Below the pieces are notes generated by a model. That model made no database searches and was not told the DNA's origin. It worked only from the letters and a program-made list of their open reading frames with translations. Of a DNA stretch of 58,404 nt, positions 50,086-58,404 are shown one piece after another. A program made the translations under genes and the position numbers. Positions within the stretch are counted from its first letter, which is position 1; each line of letters starts with the position of its first letter. The stretch lies in NCBI RefSeq assembly GCF_001194135.2, contig NC_068998.1, positions 8,311,002 to 8,369,405 of the forward strand. The letters run 5' to 3'. The DNA is from Octopus bimaculoides. Its lineage: Eukaryota.

Positions 50086-51441
50086 AAGAACTCATCGATG
50101 ATTTTAATTGAGTTTTTACCTGTAATTTTGGATTTTGTCCCTAATATTATTATTATATATATATATATGTATATATATATACGCGTGCGTGTGTGTGAAT
50201 ATTTGATCATACAAATAGTCATTAGCTGGATTATAAACAGTTCCATTTTTCATATGAATATGTTTAAATGTGTAAATATATATATTTTTGGAAGTGTGGA
50301 ATTCTGTATGTAATTTAATAAATATATGCATGATAATTAAAATGAATATATATATATATATTTAAAAAATCGACAATAACAAGTGTATCTTCAACGACAC
50401 TACAATTATTGATATTTGAACATAGCTAATAAACATATAGAATATATACATCGATAAACCTCCATATATACATAGGGGCGCTTTTATGTGTATGTGTGCG
50501 TGTATCGCTATATTAAGTGTGCGCGTGTTGTTTGTATATACATCTGTACACTCAACTTTCCTACAATATAAGTGCCACTTGAAATCTTTGAGGAGAGTAA
50601 GTGAAATGACACTAATCAATAAGAATTGTCCGTTGCCTATTGATAAATTCTGATTCAAATGTTATTGCTTCATTTTTTTTAATATTGTGTTTTTTTTCTC
50701 TTTTATCTATATCTTATGTTGCTTCAATATCACTTCACAAGCAAATCGACAAACAACCTCACGCTCATACGTGTGAACGCTCACACGCACATACGCGCAC
50801 GTGCATACACATTTAAAGAAATAATCAGATTTATAGATTGCAGTGTGTTTCAGTCACGAGTTATATAATTGATCCACCTTTCTATTTTCTTCGACATCTA
50901 TCACAACTGTAATGACGATTTGTCCTATTGACCTACTTAACAATTCGCTTACTCCACAAATACTCAATGAATGTCGTAAGGTCGTAGGAAACACCAGGGA
51001 GAGCTTAGCAGTAGGTCTTCAGAGAAGAACCACGCCTTACTAATTTAACTCCTTAGAATATAGAAGGACCAGGCCTGGTTACATCCAGGCATTGGATCCC
51101 CGGAGGCCGCTCTGTTGTCATCGATCAGAGAAGCGTGGTAGATTCAACTGCTAGACATAGCAACCAAATCTGTGATGTCATTTAAAACGTAAAAAGCTCT
51201 CTGTAATGTAGTCATAGATAGATAGATAGATCATACATAGATAGTTACATACATACACACATACACACATACATACATACATGCATACATACATAGAGTG
51301 AGAGATAGATAGATAGCACGATTTATCCGTAATCAGAGGTGTTCGTAAACCAAAGTACTACTGTATTGAATGAATATGAGAAAGACAGAAGATAAAGTAC
51401 GATTTATTTGTGATCAGAGTGGTTCAAAAACCGAGGTTCTA

Positions 51442-51479
<38 letters not shown>

Positions 51480-52020
51480 NNNNNNNNNNNNNNNNNNNNN
51501 NNNNNNNNNNNNNNNNNNNNNNNNNNNNNNNNNNNNNNNNNNNNNNNNNNNNNNNNNNNNNNNNNNNNNNNNNNNNNNNNNNNNNNNNNNNNNNNNNNNN
51601 NNNNNNNNNNNNNNNNNNNNNNNNNNNNNNNNNTATATATATGTATATATAACCCTGATACGAAGAAAAAGAGAATGAAAATTGCACATCTACCAGTCAT
51701 AATTATTTCCGTAGCACAGTTTTCTGACGCCATTGCACTCAAAATTTTCATGTGAAAAGTGATGTACTATTTTCGGTTTTATACTTTAAACCAGTGCTTT
51801 TCAATGGTTTTCTCTTTTTTGTTTTACCTAAGAGCTCCCTTGGGTCCAATTTTACTCTACTGGTTTCTTATGGCCATTCGATGTTTAAAATATTTTATTG
51901 TATTTTTATAATTAAATATTATAAGGAATTGGTTAAAAGGTTTATTTTATAATAGTTTGTGTATTTTAGAATTATAACCGGTTTCTGGCACAATTGCTTC
52001 TAACATCAAAATCTTATATG

Positions 52021-52215
52021 GATAGGGGACACAGAAGGAGGCGGGGAGGGGGGAGGAAGAGGCCGAAGTCGAGGACGGGGAAGAGGGCGGAGAGGAGAGG
52101 GAGGAGAAGGACGATGACGACGAAAACTAGTAGGACGAGTACTGGAGGAGATGAAGTAAAGCAAGAAAGAAGAAAAAGAACACAAAAAAGAAGGGCAAAG
52201 ACGAAGAGTGTGGTA
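52021..52215 (+). repeat. Purine/G-rich low-complexity tract
   Basis: About 190 bp of mostly A/G with several GGG(G) runs. Confidence 0.85.
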
Positions 52216-52607
52216 GACATATATTTCGTTTGGTTTTTAATCTTCCCCCCCCCCCCCNNNNNNNNNNNNNNNCCCCCCGCATATTGTCGTGGATTCTGTA
52301 TAGTTGCATTAAGTATTAAATTCTAAAATATTTTAAAGACATTTTAATCGTATACATGCTTTTAGTTCTCTGCTTAGTCAATTTACTCATAAGATAAAAT
52401 TATATTCAGAGTAAATACTTCATCAACACCGTTTTATTTCCATACATATTTAATTCCATTATAAGTGTTCTACTTCCACATGTTACGCTTTAATTATTTC
52501 TCCACACATCGTTTTCGTTTCCTCTCCGTGTCATCCTGTTTACTTTGGTAAATATATAATATTTTCCGTATGGATATTAATTTATTGTATGCCTAACTTT
52601 ACCTGCG

Positions 52608-52659
<52 letters not shown>

Positions 52660-53482
52660 CACACAAATTAAAAGGGTAAAGATTTATTAATAAATTAATA
52701 AATTTTACCAAGCCCTTCGGTATGTAAGCACCATTATCGGTGGAGAACTTATTTAAAAGTTCCCATACATTTATAAACATAATTAAGGGATCAGCNNNNN
52801 NNNNNATATATATAATGCTGTTAAATATCTATCCGGTCATAAAGTGACCAATGATTTGCATCCATAATACGCTAAGCTCTATCGACGACATGTCAGATTT
52901 TAATGGCGACGAGTATGCCTCTTTTTCGGATATATAATAAACTGACGATATATCTATATATATATACATATAACATATATATATACGTGTGTGTGTGCAC
53001 GCGTGTGTGCTTGTATGTGTATTTCCGAGGGGGATGTACTATAAAGTGGCTGATCGCACACGTTCTTTGTTGACCCTTTTTCGATATATATATATATATA
53101 TATATATGCACGATCTACTATATTTACCGCTTTCGATACGTTTGATATATTTTTGCCTCAAAACTGTTTCTACTTTCCATTTTCTATTTTTATAGCGTTA
53201 ACGTTTTAAGGTCTCTACGATAAAATATCGTAAAATTGAATAATTATCATTTTATCTATATTTTCTCATTGAATAAGATACACACTACATTCATTCTGAA
53301 CATTACTACGGCTCATTTATTTCACTACTGATTTATTTCTACACATTATTCATTTTTTTTCTCATATATATTTTTTTAATGTTTTTTTTCTGCTTTAAAT
53401 GTTTTAAAAAATTATACCGTATACTTATTTAGTATCGATATTACTAACTATAATATTCGACTGTTAGTCATTTTGAAACGGT

Positions 53483-53646
53483 GCAGGCTCTGCTCTGTGA
53501 TAACAAGCTTACTTTACAACCACTCGGTGTTTCGGATTTAGTGCCAGAGCGTACCAGCATAGGTAAGTGTTTTCTGCTATAACTCCGAGAGGACCAATAC
53601 CTTGTGGGAGATTTTGGCAGACGAAAACTACGTGAGAACCCGTCGT
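53483..53646 (+). mobile_element. SINE family A, diverged
   Basis: caaccactcggtgtttcggatttagtgcc...ggtaagtgttttctgctataactccgag...ttggcagacgaaaact...cccgtcgta. Confidence 0.75.
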
Positions 53647-53720
53647 AAGCCTGTGAGAGTGTGTGCATGTGTGTGTGTGTGTGTGTGTGTGTGTGCCTTC
53701 TATATTTTATCGTTTATTTA

Positions 53721-54155
53721 TTTCAATTATTAGAATAGGGCCATGCTGGGGCACCGATTTGAAAATTTTGTAGCCGAATGAATCTAAAAGTTACCCCAGT
53801 ATTTATTTATTATAGCCTGGTGCTTACTCTTATTATACATTTTATTTATTATTGTAGTTACCATTAATTTTAGCCTCGGTCCCTTTCGCAGTACCGCTAA
53901 AATTCAGGAACGTAAACAAACTTACATCGGTGGTCGAGCAGTGATGCGAGGACAGGGACTGACACAAAGAGTCACTTACATTGTGTGTGTGGGGGGTGTC
54001 ACACGATGGACTTCTTTCAGTTTCCTCCTACCAAATTCACTGGCAAGGTTTTGGTCGGACCGAAGCTATAGTAGAAGACACTCGACGAAGGTGCCACGCA
54101 ATGGGACTCATCCGAGAACCATGTTGATAGGAAGCAATCTTCTTACCATACAACC
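53721..54155 (-). mobile_element. SINE family A + linker + D module
   Basis: ggccatgctggggcaccg (D end) through cttctttcagtttcc..ccaaattcac..gaaggtgccacgcaatgggact (A body). Confidence 0.85.
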
Positions 54156-56195
54156 AGATAGATAGATAGATAGATAGATAGATAAAGAGTCAGACAGATA
54201 GAGATAGATATTTTGTTCTTCAGTAATTACGTCACATATACCCCAATGCTATTTAACCAGATTCTCATCATATCATGGGCGGTGATGAAATATCTGCCAA
54301 AGAAATTATTTCATTTGATATAACCAACTCACTCGTTTGAAGACTGATTTTTTTTTCTTATGATAGCTGTAGACTAGACTAACGTAACAACTGAAATTCT
54401 TAGACAAAGGAATAACATAACTCAAAGTGTAAAAAAGTATAAAGGAAGATGATAAATATAGTCTTAACATCTCAGTAATTAAAACAAAATATTAAATATG
54501 CGCGTTCTATGTATTTTTACTAATATTTTTTAAATTTCATATTGAAATTTTTCTCCCGCCAATTATGAAGAAATGGTTATCTTCTTTGTGAAGACTGCGA
54601 TCACAAAGGAAAAGATGTGTTTAAGAAATTATTCAGGTGTGCAGAAATCTTGGTGATCCTAAATTTCTCTGTAATTGATTGATGTCTTGAATTTATATTA
54701 ATATATTTTTTGCGGTCTTTTTTTTTGTGTTTCTCCTCTTGTCTTTGTTACTTACGTCGAGAAGTCAACTGACATCGAGGAGTCTTATGATCGAAGGCGT
54801 TTAAGTCATCCTCATTCTTTAATTCTTTCACATTTGCGGAATATTGGATCATGTCACATTTACATTCTCATTATATCTATCCGGTTACGTTTTACGAATA
54901 CTTTATATTGTACATTGAGGAAGTTTTACTCTCTGTATCTAACAAAATGTGGGCAAACTAATACAACGACTGCTAGAGGAAAAGTATCGCCAATAATTGC
55001 TCTACGCAACTGTATTATCAGATAGATGGATGGGAAGCACTTAAAGCTTACTCCGGTTTTCCACCTCGATCAAGCTCCCAGTTTATGATCTCGGAAATTG
55101 TTTGGTGCATCACTAGAGAAACACCTCTTGTTTTTGCAGAGATATTTGATGTAGATTCCTGCTGGACGGCTGAACCTTTATATTTTGTGATTTTAAATAT
55201 CAATGTAAAACTTGTACTGCCTCGGTGATGACGATGAATTTTTGCAGTTGATTCGATGAAGTGAACAGCTTGCTCGTGAAATTAACATGAAAGTGTCTGG
55301 ACACTCTACAGATATGAGTACCCTTTATGTAGTTCTCAGGGTGATTCAACGTATGACAAAGAACATTAGAGGATAGTGTGGTGTGATAAACGCTATAGAT
55401 AAATTATCATTTCAGCAATTGGAATTGAACTCAACAATAAGGGAGATTCCAAATGGTGAACAACTGACTCACGAAACACGCCAGAAATAGCAGTTTACAT
55501 CCTCAGATTACAAAAATGCTTCTTAGAAAAAGGAAGCCACATTGAATAATCTGGTGGCAGATATAAGTCTTAAATTGAACAAAGGGGTGGATAAAAGACG
55601 GGACTGCTACATCTAGAAGCCAATGAGTTAAATTTCTGCGAGTCCAGTTCTGAATTAGGTTAAAAATAACGAACAAATTTTTTTAGCAAGGATTAAGACT
55701 GAAAATGATTAAAATTCTAAAACAGCTGTCACCGGTATCGTTTATGTATGATTGGTAACATTGTTTCAACTAGAAGTGGAATGGAAACTGTTTGCAGATT
55801 TGTCTTAGAGGAACGTGTTAACTATTCCAGTAATGTTGATGGATAGCAATACGAGTCAAGCCTCTGGTTACCATTACTTTTTTTTTTTTTTTTTTTTGAG
55901 AAAATGACAGTTCAACTGATTTAATAAGCGCAAGCAATTAGTCTGCTACAGAAAACATTAATCACACCATTCTAATTCATCATCATTATTTATTCAATGA
56001 TTTATATGCTGTTACTTTCATTAAATACAATGAAAGGTGTGATTCTGCTGCAACTGTGAGCTGTCTCAATGCAACCGGTGAGAATTAATTCTGCTGTCCT
56101 TCATGTGAATCCATCTATTTTCATCAAACCAGAGAAGAGTCTAGTAACTAACAGAATTAGCAACTTCTTTTATCTTTTGCATGTTAGTTGCGCTA

Positions 56196-56591
56196 GTTTC
56201 TGAGCTGCTGCCAATCTGGAGTACTGCTGTGGTGAGTTTAGTCGAACAAATCTACCCCAGTACATCTTATTTAAAATCTGCTGTTTACCTGAATGTTTTC
56301 TTTTACCGAACTGCTAATTAACATAGACGTTAACCACCCAACACTCGTTGTCAACTGGTGGACTGGAAGCGCATAAAAACACTAATACAAGCATACATAC
56401 ATATACGGGTGGTTGTGTGTGCGGATGTATATATACAATATGCTTCGTACAATTTCCGTGTCCCAAATTCACTCACAGAACATTGGTCGACTCGGGATTG
56501 TAGTAAAAGACACTTGCCCAAGGTGCCGCACAGTGAGACTGAACTCAAAACCACGTCGTTGCAAAGGAGGCTTGTTAAACACACATCCATG
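56196..56591 (-). mobile_element. SINE family A + linker + D module, diverged
   Basis: A part gacacttgcccaaggtgccgcacagtgagactgaact at 56500-56550; D part at 56196-56370. Confidence 0.8.
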
Positions 56592-57063
56592 AAAAGAGTA
56601 CATTTAATGACTAACATTCAGCGATTGAATTTCCTCACCATGTGAATCTCTGTTTTCTACCTCTGCTTCCATTCTGTAGGTGTTATTTAATTTTGTATCT
56701 CCCCCGATCTGAAATACTTACCATGCCTCACAATCCATCTCGTTTAACGTTATTTATGTATGAATAAAGCGTATTGCTTTTTTAAGTTGCTATATCACAT
56801 ACAATGGAGGTTTGGCTGTTATCTCTTGCACCTCCAGCCACTCGTCAGAAGAGAACAATGTAGTCTATTTTACATTATTGATGCTGTTACAATGAAATAA
56901 AACATTTTCTATTGCTATTTATTTCAAATGTTGTAGGTAAGTATACATGTGAATAAATCGTTATTGTTCACGGAATAGATAATATAAGCTTGTATTGTTA
57001 TGTCAGAAGCTGACAATAATAATTGTTTCGAATTTAGTGGTACATCCAGTAATTTTAAAGTAG

Positions 57064-57465
57064 GGACCAATCAACTATATCGATCTCAGTACTAGACTAT
57101 TGATTCTTTATACGAAATGGCGAAGTTTGCTTGGAGGCAGTTTGAACTCCGAACCTAAAGATATATAAGAAAATAACACGAGAAATTTTTGCTCGACATT
57201 CTAACGATGCTACCATTCCACTGCCCTTATATAACAGCTGCTTCTAAAATTGGTTTCAAATTTTGTGTATAATGGTCAGCAAGTTCGAGTGAAGGCGGTA
57301 CACCGACCCTACTACTCAACTCGTACTTATTCGATCAACTCTGAAAGGATAAATGGCAAAGTCGACCGCGACGAAGTTTGAACTCTGAAAGTAAAAGCGG
57401 ACGAAATGCCGATAAGTGCAAAGCATTGTGTTCGGCGTACTAACAATTCTGACAGCCCACCACTT
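57064..57465 (-). mobile_element. Two tandem SINE family B copies (57064-57228 old, 57251-57465)
   Basis: gaaaggataaatggcaaagtcgacc..tttgaactctgaa..ggacgaaatgcc...ggcgtactaacaattctg; the lower copy is more decayed. Confidence 0.8.
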
Positions 57466-57706
57466 TTAATTGTTTCTTTGATTGGCATAAGATTTCAAAT
57501 TTCGGTAGAGTGGAATAAACGATTATATGGGTTTATGCGCGGTTAGTAATTTTAGTTTATTGATTCCGGAAAAAAAAAGAGTAAAAGGAAAATGTGTCGA
57601 TTGAATTTAATCTAAGAATATAAAGAAGCAGAACAAATATTGCTTAACTGCTTCCTGGCACTCAGACAGTTCGCCCATATGTCACAAACCAAGATTAATG
57701 CTTTCG

Positions 57707-57945
57707 AAGGTGGCGAACTGGCACAATCGTTAGCACGCCGGGCGAAATGCTTAACGGTATTTCGTCTGCCGCTACGATCTGAGTTCAAATTCCGCCGAGG
57801 TCGACTCAGCCTTTCATCATTTCGGTGTCGATTAAATAAGTACCAGTTACGCACTGGGGGTCGATGTAATCGAATTAATCCTTTTGACTGTCCTTGTTTC
57901 TCCCCTCTACGTTTAGCCTCTTGAGGACAATAAAGAAATAAGAAT
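57707..57945 (+). mobile_element. SINE family B, near-intact reference copy
   Basis: A-box-like TGGCACAATCG, B box GTTCAAATTC, central gcctttcatc.tttcgg.gtcgattaaataagtaccag. From memory this resembles the Meta-SINE central domain (unverified). Confidence 0.95.
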
Positions 57946-58172
57946 GGTTAGCACGCCAACAAAACGCTTAACGACATTTCTATCGCCTTTAACTTTTCTA
58001 ATTAAAAATTCTGCAGATGTCGACAATCTCCCTTGATCGAAGGAGGACTGGAGCTGTGCGAAATGAAGTATTTTGCTCAAGAACACAATGTGCCACCCAG
58101 TCAAAGATCTAAGAGTGGCTGTGTGGTAAGTAGCTTACTTACGAACCACATAGCTCCGGGTTCAGTCCCACT
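57946..58172. mobile_element. SINE fragment pile-up: B head (+) 57946-58028, C body (-) 58045-58102, A head (+) 58113-58172
   Basis: ggttagcacgcc; ggactggagctgtgcgaaatgaagtattttgctcaagaacacaa; gagtggctgtgtggtaagtagcttact..ccgggttcagtcccact. Confidence 0.8.
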
Positions 58173-58369
58173 TTCATTTGCTTGAAAGAAAAAAAAATGT
58201 CTGTGGGTTTTCTCTAACATAAAATATTGTTGATCATTGTTGAATACAGAGTGACCTGAGGCTACAATGTAACATGATGAGGTTTTTATTTTGATGGAGT
58301 AGACCTAATAATATACCGATATATACACATGTGTACGTGTGTATGTAATCATGCGCTGACTGATTAATA

Positions 58370-58404
<35 letters not shown>

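Larger units (their letters stand above)
1..58404. repeat. Window-wide microsatellite load ((AT)n, (CA)n, (CT)n, (ATAC)n, (ATAG)n, trinucleotides), with most assembly gaps at these tracts
   Basis: Directly visible, e.g. (AT)n at 1-41, 12200-12270 and 27069-27141, (TG)n at 9523-9577, (CT)n at 16881-16946. Gaps at 951-1376, 31240-31774, 40452-40950 and 51480-51633 abut (AT)n; others include 9658-10607. Confidence 0.98.

Noticed and set aside
52-52326. Most ORF-track entries (YIYI, CVCV, HTHT, SLSL, poly-X, poly-N/S/L, and the K/R-rich 51994-52326)
   Set aside because: They are translations of microsatellites, low-complexity tracts or N-gaps, which lack stop codons by construction.
54756-55112. 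Minus-strand exon candidates 55052-55112 (MHQTISEIINWELDRGGKP) and one ending at a gtaagt donor near 54756
   Set aside because: I could not link them in phase to each other or to the downstream chain, and found no recognisable homology.
1-58404. CRISPR arrays, rRNA, operons or prokaryotic defence systems
   Set aside because: The sequence is eukaryotic repeat-rich DNA; no regularly spaced repeat-spacer array or rRNA-like segment is visible.

Overview
AT-rich animal genomic DNA, dense in microsatellites ((AT)n, (CA)n, (CT)n, (ATAG)n, trinucleotide runs), with about 15 N-gaps, most of them abutting microsatellites. The SINE families and repeat load look like an Octopus (coleoid cephalopod) draft assembly; this is inferred from recall, not from a database search. 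No host gene can be named. Most ORF-track entries are microsatellite or gap artefacts. Supportable content: (1) about 25 copies or fragments of three tRNA-headed SINE families (here A, B, C) plus a shared 3' module (D); (2) decayed transposons with recognisable protein remnants: Penelope GIY-YIG, hAT-Charlie, RTE, maT/DD37D, CR1 split by a MULE, a mariner-derived MITE, and a Helitron-like element; (3) a near-canonical minimal type I hammerhead ribozyme motif in a Penelope-type terminal repeat; (4) a phase-compatible chain of candidate minus-strand exons (35.2, 27.9, 25.3, 22.7 kb) encoding a hydrophobic protein I cannot assign. No rRNA, true tRNA gene or CRISPR array is evident. The A/B/C/D labels are my own working names.
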